A program made the translations under genes and the position numbers. Below, piece by piece: positions 9,326-18,291 of a stretch of 64,000 bases of DNA; position 1 is the first letter of the stretch, and each line of letters opens with the position of its first letter. The notes beneath the pieces were generated by a model, which saw only the letters and a list, made by a program, of their open reading frames with translations, was not told the DNA's origin and ran no database searches. Where the stretch lies: NCBI GenBank assembly GCA_964635325.1, contig CAZWOL010000006.1, positions 3,849 through 67,848 on the forward strand, written 5' to 3'. Origin of the DNA: an uncultured Pseudobdellovibrionaceae bacterium (GTDB lineage Bacteria > Bdellovibrionota_B > Oligoflexia > Oligoflexales > Bog-1112).

Positions 9326-9986
9326 CAATCAACTCTGAAGCACTCATATGTTTAAGCATATAAGGTTGACGAAGATTATAGACTGGAGCTGACTCAGCTA
9401 ATTCTTTTCGTTGCAAAAAGTGGTTGCGGCGCATACGCAAATCCGCTTCTTGGTCCTGAAGTTCCACATGATTCTCTTTGAGTTCGGTATCCAAAGTCTC
9501 AATGAATCTTAGTAACTGCGCTAATGAAAACTGCTGTGTCTCAGGAAAAGTTGAATGAAAATGTTGCAACAAACTCTGAGACAAGGCCTGCACCTGTTCC
9601 GTCTCGAAGTCCAATTGACTCTCGAGATTTTGAACATGACCGAGAATCTTGCGCAAACGTGACAAGCGAAATATATTTTGCCAAGCCCCAGCATCACAAT
9701 TTGCACTCTCTGATGCTTTGTATACCTTTTTTGCTAACGAAAGCATGCTACTCAGCAACTTCTCTCGATCTCGCCAGTGTTGATGAAAGAGTTTGGTTTC
9801 CAATACTCCCAATGGACGTCGAGCTTTTGTCCTTTCTCGTTGCTCCTGAAAAAGATTTTCTTTGAGATCGATAATTTTCATGGATCTCACATTATACTCA
9901 TCTTGAGAAAGGCTCCCATCTTCCCATAGAAGCTGCAAGCGCTCATCTAACGCAAGGATGCGATCTTCATAAGAAGATGAATTCAT
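9318..9986 (-). CDS. Hypothetical coiled-coil protein (about 222 aa)
   Basis: ORF 9318-10028. The internal ATG at 9986 (MNSSSYEDRILALDE...) is preceded by GGGAG at 9-nt spacing, so it is the preferred start. Heptad-like, Q/E/L/R-rich sequence with no recognisable domain. Confidence 0.6.
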   Translation of the reverse strand: MNSSSYEDRILALDERLQLLWEDGSLSQDEYNVRSMKIIDLKENLFQEQRERTKARRPLGVLETKLFHQHWRDREKLLSSMLSLAKKVYKASESANCDAGAWQNIFRLSRLRKILGHVQNLESQLDFETEQVQALSQSLLQHFHSTFPETQQFSLAQLLRFIETLDTELKENHVELQDQEADLRMRRNHFLQRKELAESAPVYNLRQPYMLKHMSASELIDE

Positions 9987-10156
9987 TTCACCGAACTCCC
10001 GGTTTACAAATATCCAAGCTTGGCACACTTATGACACTGCTTCTATAGTGTCGCATGTTCGCTTTTACCTTGTAGCCTGTCGAAAATGCCGTATAAATTT
10101 TGCCTAGCTCGATGTACGAGTATCTGTCCATTGGTCTGTTTGTCGAAGGAATATTT

Positions 10157-11194
10157 ATGATTGAAAAATCGCTCCTACTTGCGGCTCAAGGTCGTCCTAC
10201 ACAACGCTGTCCCATTTGGTTTTTACGGCAGGCCGGTCGCTATTTGCCTGAGTATCGCGCTTTACGAGCACAGCATGAATTTCTCGATTTATGCATGAAT
10301 CCCAAACTTGCATCCGAAGTCACCCTACAACCCTTAAAGCGCTTCGACCTTGATGGAGCCATCATCTTTTCAGACATCCTTATCCCTGCGGTAGCTCTTG
10401 GGCAAAAATTAACCTTCGCAAAAGATCATGGCCCCCAACTCTCAAATCCGGTGCGTGATATACATTCATTCTCACAGCTACGATTTAATGATTGTGAAAA
10501 AAATTGGGGCTTTGTTGGTGAAGCAATCGCTATGACTAAGGCTCAGCTTGCACCGCATCAAACCATGATCGGTTTTGCTGGAGCTCCGTTTACTGTCGCA
10601 ACTTATATGATTGAAGGCCACGGAAGCAGCAATCAGCTTGAGACAAAACGCCTAGCCTTTTGTCAGCGAGCACTGTTCAAAGAGTTTATAGAACAGCTAG
10701 CAGATGCGACGATCCGTTATTTGCAAATGCAGATACGCGCAGGAGCCGAAGTTCTCATGCTGTTTGACACTTGGGCTCAGCAGTTTGCACGAGTTGATTT
10801 TGATGAACTTGTGAAAGATGCAACAAGTTCCATTCTGAGCACAATCTCCAAGCAGGTACCAATCATCTACTACCCAGGACAGGGAAGCGATCGCATCCAT
10901 GGACTATCGGAAATGCGCCCATCGGTTCTTGCTGTCGACTGGAGAACCTCCCTAAGTCAGGCTCAGCAAATACTACAGAATCAAGAACTCTCACTTTGCT
11001 TGCAAGGCAACCTGGATCCACTTGTACTGATTGGTGACGAGCATTTTATCCGAAAGCGCGTACGCATGATTTTGCAAGAAGCAAGAGATCTCAAACTAGC
11101 AGGCTACATCTTCAATGTTGGTCATGGTTTGCTTCCTATGACCCCCATCGAATCCGTACAGTGGGCTATCGACGAGGTTCGCTCTTTCCACTAA
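10157..11194 (+). CDS. hemE: Uroporphyrinogen decarboxylase (HemE)
   Basis: Signature PIWFLRQAGRYLPEY near the N-terminus. The ATG at 10157 is preceded by GAAGGA; the ORF-track start 10100 adds an unlikely 19-aa leader. Confidence 0.92.
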   Translation: MIEKSLLLAAQGRPTQRCPIWFLRQAGRYLPEYRALRAQHEFLDLCMNPKLASEVTLQPLKRFDLDGAIIFSDILIPAVALGQKLTFAKDHGPQLSNPVRDIHSFSQLRFNDCEKNWGFVGEAIAMTKAQLAPHQTMIGFAGAPFTVATYMIEGHGSSNQLETKRLAFCQRALFKEFIEQLADATIRYLQMQIRAGAEVLMLFDTWAQQFARVDFDELVKDATSSILSTISKQVPIIYYPGQGSDRIHGLSEMRPSVLAVDWRTSLSQAQQILQNQELSLCLQGNLDPLVLIGDEHFIRKRVRMILQEARDLKLAGYIFNVGHGLLPMTPIESVQWAIDEVRSFH

Positions 11195-11766
11195 GACACA
11201 AAGGCATTTTCGATGAGTTCACAAATAATGTGACCAACAAGTATGTGACCCTCTTGAATGCGTGGTGTATCATCTGTTGGCATCTGCAAACAAACATCGA
11301 CTACGCCTTTCATTTTTCCACCCTTGGCTCCCGTCATACCGATAACATGCATTCCGATTTCCTTAGCTTTCTCGATTGCCTTAAGGATGTTTGATGAATT
11401 ACCCGATGTTGATAGCGCTACAAGCACATCACCGGGACGACCCATCGCTTCAACCAAACGGGCATAAATATCTGCATACGAATAATCGTTCGCAACAGCG
11501 GTGAGATACGATGTATTGACGTGCAGAGCTTCTGCAAACAGGGGCTTACGATCAACGAGATAGCGACCAGAAAGTTCAGCAGAAAGATGCTGAGCATCCG
11601 CAGCACTACCACCGTTTCCACAGAAGAGCACTTTGCCACCTTCCTGAAGAGACTTAATGCATACCTGCGCTGCTTTCACGGCTTGTTCAATAATCTCTTG
11701 ATCCTGACTCAGGGCCTGCTTAACCGCTAATGCTTCCAGCAATCTTTTTTTAACAACAGTCTTCAT
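11191..11766 (-). CDS. gmhA: SIS-domain phosphoheptose isomerase (GmhA/DiaA-like)
   Basis: 191 aa. Contains CGNGGSAADAQH, the STSGNS block LSTSGNSSN and the C-terminal HILVGHIICE. The 3' end overlaps the hemE 3' end by 4 nt (convergent). Confidence 0.85.
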   Translation of the reverse strand: MKTVVKKRLLEALAVKQALSQDQEIIEQAVKAAQVCIKSLQEGGKVLFCGNGGSAADAQHLSAELSGRYLVDRKPLFAEALHVNTSYLTAVANDYSYADIYARLVEAMGRPGDVLVALSTSGNSSNILKAIEKAKEIGMHVIGMTGAKGGKMKGVVDVCLQMPTDDTPRIQEGHILVGHIICELIENAFVS

Positions 11767-11852
11767 ATATAGTCGTTCCTATGGATGAATTCATTTTTCT
11801 CCCCTTTTCCAATGCTCATTTGTGAGATCGGGAGTAAGAGCGGGAGAATGTC

Positions 11853-13478
11853 TTGGCTAGACTAGCAAATTCTAAGCGCAAAGTCCTCACTGTGGTTATG
11901 GATGGAGTTGGGGTTCGAGCAGAGCGATTTGGTAATGCCGTTGCCCTTGCTGCAACGCCTGCCCTTGATTTTCTCAGGCAAGAAGGCCTCTACACCACTC
12001 TAAAAGCGCACGGCCCATGGGTTGGGCTACCAGGAAACTCCGATGTAGGAAACAGTGAAGTAGGTCACAACGCACTGGGTGCTGGCCGAGTATTTGATCA
12101 AGGAGCAAAACTCGTCAGCCAAGCTATCGCCAACGGTACTATTTTCCAACGCCCTGTCTGGCAAACAAGCATGCGCACTGTCCTCTCCAATCGTTCGACC
12201 TTACACCTAATCGGCCTGCTCTCCGATGGCAATGTACACAGTCATGAGCAGCACCTGTTTGCACTTATTCGTCAAGCTTCTAAAGAAGGCGTCAAACGAA
12301 TACGTGTGCATGCCCTACTCGATGGACGAGATGTCTCCGCACAATCTGCGGAAATCTACGCCTCGCGTTTGATGACAGTACTCACGGAGGTTAAGCAAGC
12401 TGGATGTGATGCACGTGTCGCCTCAGGGGGAGGCCGAATGCATGTGACAATGGATCGCTACGAGGCTGACTGGGCTATTGTAGAACGAGGGTGGAAAGCA
12501 CACGTACTAGGTGAAGCTGAATATGCTTTTGCATCTCTAGATGAAGCACTTGCAGCTTTCCGCTTGAATGGAAAAAAAGATGACCAATTTCTCCCATCCT
12601 TTGTGATTACAGAAAACTCCAAACCCGTAGGAAGCATCGAAGATGGAGACAGCGTCATCCTCTTCAATTTTCGCGGGGATCGAGCCATTCAAATCTCACG
12701 AGCCTTCGAGGATCCAAGCTTTCAAAATTTTGATCGCAAACGCACACCCCGCGTTTATTTTGCTGGAATGCTACAGTACGATGGAGACCTCAAGATTCCT
12801 GAGCACTATCTCGTAGACCCCCCTCTAATCACGGACACCTTGGGAGAATATCTAGCCCACTCTGGGGTTCGGCAATTTGCATGCAGTGAAACACAAAAAT
12901 TTGGTCATGTGACATATTTTTGGAATGGTAATCGCTCAGGCGTCTTCGATGCAAAGCTAGAGGAGTATGTCGAGATTCCATCTGACCGCATTCCCTTCCA
13001 AATGAAACCTTGGATGAAAGCTCATGAAATAACGGAAGCAACAGTGCAACGGATGCAGACCTCTACTTTTGCTTGCGGACGCATCAACTATGCAAATGGA
13101 GATATGGTCGGTCACACCGGAGATCTTGAAGCTGCTATCATTGCAGTTGGAGTCGTTGATCTCATGATATATCGCCTGCTTGTAGCAGCACAACAAACCG
13201 ACACCATACTTTTGGTAACTGCAGATCATGGCAATTGTGATGAAATGTTTGATGAGAAAGGGGATGGAGCTAGCTATCCTCCACTTTTTCAACGTCCAAA
13301 ACCAAAGACGTCCCATACCTTAGCAGAGGTACCATGCTATATCTATGACCCTCGTGGCCGCAATGGTAGCATCATCGCTCCTGGCGCTGGTGCACTTGCG
13401 AATGTTGCAAATACAGTTTTAGAATTGATGGGAATGAAAACTCGAGAACAATATGCTCCGAGTCTGCTGCAACAGTAA
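11853..13478 (+). CDS. gpmI: 2,3-bisphosphoglycerate-independent phosphoglycerate mutase
   Basis: 541 aa. TTG start at 11853 preceded by GGGAGA. Catalytic-Ser block NSEVGHNALGAGR and the C-terminal metal-site block TADHGNCDEM. Confidence 0.92.
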   Translation: MARLANSKRKVLTVVMDGVGVRAERFGNAVALAATPALDFLRQEGLYTTLKAHGPWVGLPGNSDVGNSEVGHNALGAGRVFDQGAKLVSQAIANGTIFQRPVWQTSMRTVLSNRSTLHLIGLLSDGNVHSHEQHLFALIRQASKEGVKRIRVHALLDGRDVSAQSAEIYASRLMTVLTEVKQAGCDARVASGGGRMHVTMDRYEADWAIVERGWKAHVLGEAEYAFASLDEALAAFRLNGKKDDQFLPSFVITENSKPVGSIEDGDSVILFNFRGDRAIQISRAFEDPSFQNFDRKRTPRVYFAGMLQYDGDLKIPEHYLVDPPLITDTLGEYLAHSGVRQFACSETQKFGHVTYFWNGNRSGVFDAKLEEYVEIPSDRIPFQMKPWMKAHEITEATVQRMQTSTFACGRINYANGDMVGHTGDLEAAIIAVGVVDLMIYRLLVAAQQTDTILLVTADHGNCDEMFDEKGDGASYPPLFQRPKPKTSHTLAEVPCYIYDPRGRNGSIIAPGAGALANVANTVLELMGMKTREQYAPSLLQQ

Positions 13479-13503
13479 GCTTCTGACTCTAGAGAGAGTT
13501 CAC

Positions 13504-13555
13504 AAAAAAGCGCAGCTAGAAATCCTCTTGAAGGACCTCTAACTACGCTTTTTTT
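13504..13555. terminator. Bidirectional rho-independent terminator between convergent gpmI and rpsT
   Basis: A6-GCGCAGCTAGA..TCCT-cttga-AGGA..TCTAACTACGC-T7. This is a long imperfect hairpin flanked by an A-run and a T-run, so it presents a U-tail on both strands. Confidence 0.75.
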
Positions 13556-13634
13556 GTGATTCACTCTTAACTAATTTCACTGCTTAGCTAGCATCGTGAA
13601 ACAATAACTGCAATCACAACAGTTTCCTAAGGAA

Positions 13635-13925
13635 TTAGGTCGCTGATTTTTGCGTTTTTGCAAGTGCACGAGCCAAGCGAGCGACATGACGAGATGCATT
13701 ATTTTTGTGAATAATACCTTTCGTAGAAGCCTTCATAAGGAAGGATTGAGCATGTGCCAACGACTTCGTTGCATCTTCAAGACTGCTTTTACCTTGTGCT
13801 AAAGCTTGAACGGATGCTTGGAATTTCTTAACAGCCGTCTTTACTTTAGAAGTATAGCTACGATTCGCTAAATTTTTGCGTGTGCTTTGGCGGGCCTGTT
13901 TTTGCGCCGATTTTGTTTTGGCCAC
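13635..13925 (-). CDS. rpsT: 30S ribosomal protein S20
   Basis: 96 aa, (M)AKTKSAQKQARQSTRKNLANRSYTSKVKTAVKKF... is a typical bS20 N-terminus. GTG start preceded by GAGGAG. Confidence 0.93.
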   Translation of the reverse strand: MAKTKSAQKQARQSTRKNLANRSYTSKVKTAVKKFQASVQALAQGKSSLEDATKSLAHAQSFLMKASTKGIIHKNNASRHVARLARALAKTQKSAT

Positions 13926-13927
13926 GT

Positions 13928-14074
13928 CTATTTCTCCTCTTCTTTCTTTTTCACTGTCGTCGTCTTTTTAGACTTTTGTGCTGCTTCGATTGTTTCGCGC
14001 AGCTTTAGCTTTTTTCTCTTCTGATTGTTGCGTTGGCGCATCTTTAGAGTTAAGCGGTTATCTCCTCGACCCAT
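13928..14074 (-). CDS. Unannotated small basic protein (48 aa), candidate ribosome-associated protein
   Basis: Below the ORF-track size cutoff. ATG at 14074 is preceded by AAGGAG at 8-nt spacing. Translation: MGRGDNRLTLKMRQRNNQKRKKLKLRETIEAAQKSKKTTTVKKKEEEK*. The stop is 2 nt before the rpsT GTG, and its 3' end supplies the rpsT SD. Confidence 0.6.
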   Translation of the reverse strand: MGRGDNRLTLKMRQRNNQKRKKLKLRETIEAAQKSKKTTTVKKKEEEK

Positions 14075-14094
14075 CTGGCGTTCTCCTTCTTAAC

Positions 14095-14325
14095 CTATGA
14101 TATCTTTAAGCCAATTTTCTTTGCATAACGATCAAGACCAATCTTATCGACTGTTCTCAATGCAGAACTTGAAATACGCAAAGTGACATGTTTTTTGAGT
14201 TCTTCTGACCAAAGACGCTTTTTATGCAAGTTTGGCAAGAAGCGATGTTTCGTTTTGATATTGGAATGGCTAATGCGATTCCCAACTAATGTTGATTTTC
14301 CTGATAATTCACAAACTCGAGACAT
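14095..14325 (-). CDS. rpmB: 50S ribosomal protein L28
   Basis: 76 aa, MSRVCELSGKSTLVGNRISHSNIKTKHRFLPNL is the canonical bL28 N-terminus. SD GGAGAAGGA lies upstream. Confidence 0.93.
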   Translation of the reverse strand: MSRVCELSGKSTLVGNRISHSNIKTKHRFLPNLHKKRLWSEELKKHVTLRISSSALRTVDKIGLDRYAKKIGLKIS

Positions 14326-14383
14326 TTTATTTCCTTCTCCGTAGATGGCCTAACTCCTACTCAGGAGCTAAGGTCAATAAACC

Positions 14384-14920
14384 CTATTCTTCTTCGTCGC
14401 CGCCTGCTTCGTCTTTGTCATCGTCTTCACGTTCACGGACGATGCCAACACCTTCTGGTCCACGTGGGTGGTGATGGCCTGGGCCACGACCTCTCATCGC
14501 AGCGGAAACAAAAGTCTGAACAGAGTTTTGCATTTCACCTGCAAAGCCACGCTCAGTTTGATGAGTAACAGAGTAAGGTAGGAGACCGATAAATCTTGCT
14601 CGTTTGATTGCAACTGTCAATTTGCGTTGTTGCTCTTGGGTTGCACCAGAAATACGTCGTGGAATAATTTTGCCACGTTCCGTTACAAAGCGACGCAGTA
14701 AGTCTGCATCTTTGTAGTCGATAACAATAGATGGATCGAGCGAACGCTTCTTACGAGAAAGCATACGTTTCTTTTTGCGACGTGGACCACCGTGTCCATT
14801 ACGTCCACCATCTCGGCCGCCTTCGCGACCTTCACGGCCTTCGCGGCCTTCACCGCTAGAACCGCGACCTTCGCTGCTAGCGCCTACGCTAGAATTAGAA
14901 TTCGAAAATGTCGATCTCAC
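14384..14920 (-). CDS. rpsR: 30S ribosomal protein S18 with long N-terminal Gly/Arg/Glu-rich and C-terminal His/Gly/acidic extensions
   Basis: 178 aa. Central core [50 protein letters not shown] is unmistakably bS18. GTG start at 14920 is preceded by AAGGAG at 5 nt. About 65 aa precede the core and about 45 aa follow it. Confidence 0.88.
   Translation of the reverse strand: MRSTFSNSNSSVGASSEGRGSSGEGREGREGREGGRDGGRNGHGGPRRKKKRMLSRKKRSLDPSIVIDYKDADLLRRFVTERGKIIPRRISGATQEQQRKLTVAIKRARFIGLLPYSVTHQTERGFAGEMQNSVQTFVSAAMRGRGPGHHHPRGPEGVGIVREREDDDKDEAGGDEEE
14823..14864 (-). repeat. 9-nt tandem coding repeat (about 4 units) inside the rpsR N-terminal extension
   Basis: Minus strand reads GAAGGCCGC GAAGGCCGT GAAGGTCGC GAAGGCGGC, encoding [12 protein letters not shown]. 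Confidence 0.85.
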
Positions 14921-15321
14921 GAAAACTCCTTGCTTGTGACTTTTTCGTTAAAAGAAAAAGCCCCTTTTGGGTACACTGCCAAGCTATATGTATCTTGCCA
15001 GTAAGGGTAAAACACTATGTTATTGACCCGAGGTGCGAAAGACGCTTTTACCTTATTTTCTATACGCTGACAAGAAAACATAGCGCCTTACCTGCGACTT
15101 TTGGGTGTTTTATCCTAATGCGCCGTAAAACATCCACCTTTAGGTGGGTGATGTAAGTGCTGACAAAAAAAGATTGCAAGTCCGAAAAAGCCCTTGTATT
15201 TTCGCGCAGTTCCGTGAGGAGCCACGCCGCAGGAGCTGCGGTTAGAGCTTTGGAGGGGTCTTGCACTCCAATAAGAATCTGCTTCCTTTAGGGAGCAGAG
15301 GTTCAAATAGGTCTGGAATCG

Positions 15322-17580
15322 ATGCACCGACTCGCAGTGGCTTTGCCCGTCCCCTTAGCGAAAAATTTTACCTATCTTTGCAAAAGCTTAGTTGCAAAGG
15401 GCACCCGTGTGCGCGTTAGCTTCGGGAACCGTCGAATGATCGGCATGGTGCTTGGAGAGTCTGTAGACCCCCTTGCTCCAGATATTGAATTAAAAGAAAT
15501 TGAAGAAATTCTAGACCCGCTCCCTATATTATCCCCCACCCAGCTTAAACTTGCGGAATGGATGAGCCAGTATTACCTGCATCCCCTTGGCGAGGTTTTT
15601 AAGGCGATGCTTCCAACAGCAGAGCAGAAAAAATCAAAACAATTTTATACGCTTAATGACTCCACTTTGGGGCATGCTCCATTTTTGCAGAAAGCCTTCG
15701 GCAAGAAGAAAACGCAGTTGAGTGCAGTCATCTTTCGCAAAAAATTACGCGAATGGAACGAGCAAAATCCGGAAAGCACCCAATCCTTAAAAGCTATGCT
15801 TAAAAGCGGTTGCATTCATTTTCATAAAGAAACTGAGCTTGCGGTAAAAGACCCTACGCACACTACAGAGCCTACCATAGAGCGCATACACAAGCCCCTG
15901 CCTCCTCTTAATCTTGCTCAAAGCGAAGTTGTCGACTCAATCCTCAAAAACAGGATCGAAGGAGGCCACGCAGCACGAACTATTTTGCTTCATGGTGTCA
16001 CCGGTTCTGGCAAAACACGCGTCTATCTGGCTTTAATTCATCGAATTTTTAGCATGACGAATGGTGAATCTGGACAAGCCTTGGTCCTTGTTCCTGAAAT
16101 TGCTCTGACCCCGCAAATGACGCGGGTCTTTGAGGAAGAATTCCCTAGCACCGTTGCTGTGGTTCATTCTGCACTTTCCGATAAACAGCGTTGGGATGAG
16201 CTGTCTCGTATAAGACTTGGGCAGGCACGTATTCTGATTGGACCACGTTCTGCTGTATTTGCAAGCTTTCAGGACCTCAAAATTATCTTCGTCGATGAGG
16301 AGCATGATCAGAGCTATAAGCAAAGCTCAGGCCTTACGTACAATGGTCGAGACCTTGCAGTCGTACGCGCCCACTTGGAAGGCATCACCTGTTTGCTAGG
16401 ATCTGCGACACCTTCGCTCGAGTCCTTTTGGAATGTACAGCAAGGTAAGTACGCATACCTAGAACTTCGCAATCGCGTTGTTGACCAAGAGCTCCCTGAA
16501 TTCACCGTTGTGGATCCACCACAAAGAAAGCAGATCGAAGACCTAGAGGAAAATGCCGCAGATGCCGAATCAGCCTTTTTATCACCACAGGCCATTCAAA
16601 TGTTGGAGGAAAATTGGCAGAAGCAACAACAAGCCATCATTCTGGTCAATCGCAGGGGTTATGCGTATTACCTACTTGATCGTACGACTAAAAAGCCGGT
16701 CGAATGTCCTGAATGCAGTATCAGTCTAACAGTCCATAAAAACCGGACCAAGCTGCTCTGTCACTACTGTGGCTTTCAAAGTACCGTACAGGATATTCAG
16801 CAACGCCACCCCACTGCATCCTTTGTGACTGTCGGGGTTGGAAGCCAAAAAGCTGAAACTGTCCTCCGCCGATTATTCCCTGGAGCAAAAATAGCTCGCT
16901 TGGACTCTGACGTTCTTGTTTCGAGAGAAAAACTCTTTCCTCTGCTAGCCGCATTCAAAAACGGAGAGATTGACATGCTGGTGGGCACACAGATTCTTGC
17001 AAAGGGGCATGACTTTCCAAATGTGGGTCTAACCGTTATTTGTGAGATCGACCAAATGTTAGACCTTCCTGATTTTCGTGCGGGTGAACGCGTCTTCCAA
17101 TTGGTTGTTCAAGCAGCCGGTAGAGCAGGACGTGCCCACACAAGCGGCAAGGTGCTTATACAAACACAGCGCTCCAATCATCCCGCACTGCAAAGCGCTC
17201 TGCAACATGACTATCTGTCATTTGCACAACAGGAGTTGCAGATGCGCAAACTTTATGGATTTCCTCCCTTTGCTCATTTGATCCGCATCGAACTTTCCAG
17301 TAGCTATCTCGACAGACTGAATCAAGCCTGCACCGACGTGACTCGTTGGCAGCAGCGCTATTTCCATCAGCATGAAACACTAAGCAAAGAAGTGCGCATG
17401 CTTGGCCCATTGGTTCCTGCAATTGAACGCATCCGGAGCCGCTACAGACGCATGCTCCTTATCTCATCAACGAAAGCGCAGACTATTCATCACCTAGCCT
17501 ATGACTTTTTGAGTGCATTCCAGTTGCGCCGAGGAGAGCTACGTATTCAGGTAGATGTTGACCCTCAATCTTTATTGTAA
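15322..17580 (+). CDS. priA: Primosomal protein N' (PriA helicase)
   Basis: 752 aa. Walker A GVTGSGKT, DEEH box VDEEHD and the zinc-binding insert CPECSISLTVHKNRTKLLCHYCG. Confidence 0.93.
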   Translation: MHRLAVALPVPLAKNFTYLCKSLVAKGTRVRVSFGNRRMIGMVLGESVDPLAPDIELKEIEEILDPLPILSPTQLKLAEWMSQYYLHPLGEVFKAMLPTAEQKKSKQFYTLNDSTLGHAPFLQKAFGKKKTQLSAVIFRKKLREWNEQNPESTQSLKAMLKSGCIHFHKETELAVKDPTHTTEPTIERIHKPLPPLNLAQSEVVDSILKNRIEGGHAARTILLHGVTGSGKTRVYLALIHRIFSMTNGESGQALVLVPEIALTPQMTRVFEEEFPSTVAVVHSALSDKQRWDELSRIRLGQARILIGPRSAVFASFQDLKIIFVDEEHDQSYKQSSGLTYNGRDLAVVRAHLEGITCLLGSATPSLESFWNVQQGKYAYLELRNRVVDQELPEFTVVDPPQRKQIEDLEENAADAESAFLSPQAIQMLEENWQKQQQAIILVNRRGYAYYLLDRTTKKPVECPECSISLTVHKNRTKLLCHYCGFQSTVQDIQQRHPTASFVTVGVGSQKAETVLRRLFPGAKIARLDSDVLVSREKLFPLLAAFKNGEIDMLVGTQILAKGHDFPNVGLTVICEIDQMLDLPDFRAGERVFQLVVQAAGRAGRAHTSGKVLIQTQRSNHPALQSALQHDYLSFAQQELQMRKLYGFPPFAHLIRIELSSSYLDRLNQACTDVTRWQQRYFHQHETLSKEVRMLGPLVPAIERIRSRYRRMLLISSTKAQTIHHLAYDFLSAFQLRRGELRIQVDVDPQSLL

Positions 17581-17686
17581 GATATACGAACTAGAACTGG
17601 TCTCATCATGAGGTTCAAAAAATTACTCTCTCAGTCTGTGAATTTCGCATGATTTTTGGGGAGTCTGGCAATTAAGGGGAATAACC

Positions 17687-18289
17687 ATGGGCGATCTCAA
17701 ATCAATCCAAGCGGCAGCAGATATCTCCAAAGAAATGTCTGGCCAGTTCAAGGAAACTCGGCTTCTTGATGCACGTTGCATTCTAATCTCTGAAGCGGTT
17801 TCTTCAGCAACAGCTGAACGTGTTGTACGTGATCTACTTCTTCTCGATGAGATCAACCAAAATCCGATCAATCTCTATGTGAATAGCCCTGGTGGCGAAG
17901 TCAATAGTGGTTTTGCAATTTTTGACACCATCCGATTCATCCGTTCGGAGGTCCGCATTATCAACACAGGGCTATGTGCAAGCATTGCAACTGTAATCAA
18001 TATGGCAGCGAAAAAAGAAAACCGTTTCTCAATGCCTCACACTATGTTTCTCATTCACCAACCACTCATTTCCGGACAGGTCATTGGTCCTGCTTCTGAC
18101 TTGGAAATTACGGCACTTCATATTTTGCAAACACGCGAACGGATCAACAATCTATTTGTCAAAGAGTGCAACCAGGACATTAAAAAAGTCGAAGAAGACA
18201 CATCTCGAGACTATTGGATGACTGCTGAAGAGGCCAAAAAATACGGTCTTATTTCAAAAGTTCTGACTAGTCGCAAAGAGATTTCTTAG
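17687..18289 (+). CDS. clpP: ClpP-family serine protease with divergent N-terminus
   Basis: 200 aa. Contains LYVNSPGGEV, the Ser context GLCASIAT, the His context FLIHQPL and the Asp context DTSRDYWMTAEEA, so the triad appears retained. The first about 25 aa do not resemble the canonical axial-loop sequence. Confidence 0.85.
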   Translation: MGDLKSIQAAADISKEMSGQFKETRLLDARCILISEAVSSATAERVVRDLLLLDEINQNPINLYVNSPGGEVNSGFAIFDTIRFIRSEVRIINTGLCASIATVINMAAKKENRFSMPHTMFLIHQPLISGQVIGPASDLEITALHILQTRERINNLFVKECNQDIKKVEEDTSRDYWMTAEEAKKYGLISKVLTSRKEIS

Positions 18290-18291
18290 TC

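Noticed and set aside
10021-10040. Sigma-54-like TGGCAC element upstream of hemE
   Set aside because: The -12 element is missing (TGGCAC-N5-TGAC instead of TTGC), and no enhancer-binding-protein context is present.
15290-15320. tRNA-like T-loop sequence GGTTCAAAT just upstream of priA
   Set aside because: The flanking pentamers (AGAGG / AGGTC) are not complementary, so there is no T-stem. No acceptor stem or anticodon arm could be built.
14921-15321. Assigning the structured rpsR-priA spacer to SRP RNA, 6S RNA, tmRNA or RNase P RNA
   Set aside because: None of the remembered hallmark motifs is present: the SRP domain IV GGAA/AGCA loops, the RNase P GAGGAAAGUCC block, or the tmRNA tRNA-like end with tag ORF. 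It is kept only as an unclassified candidate.
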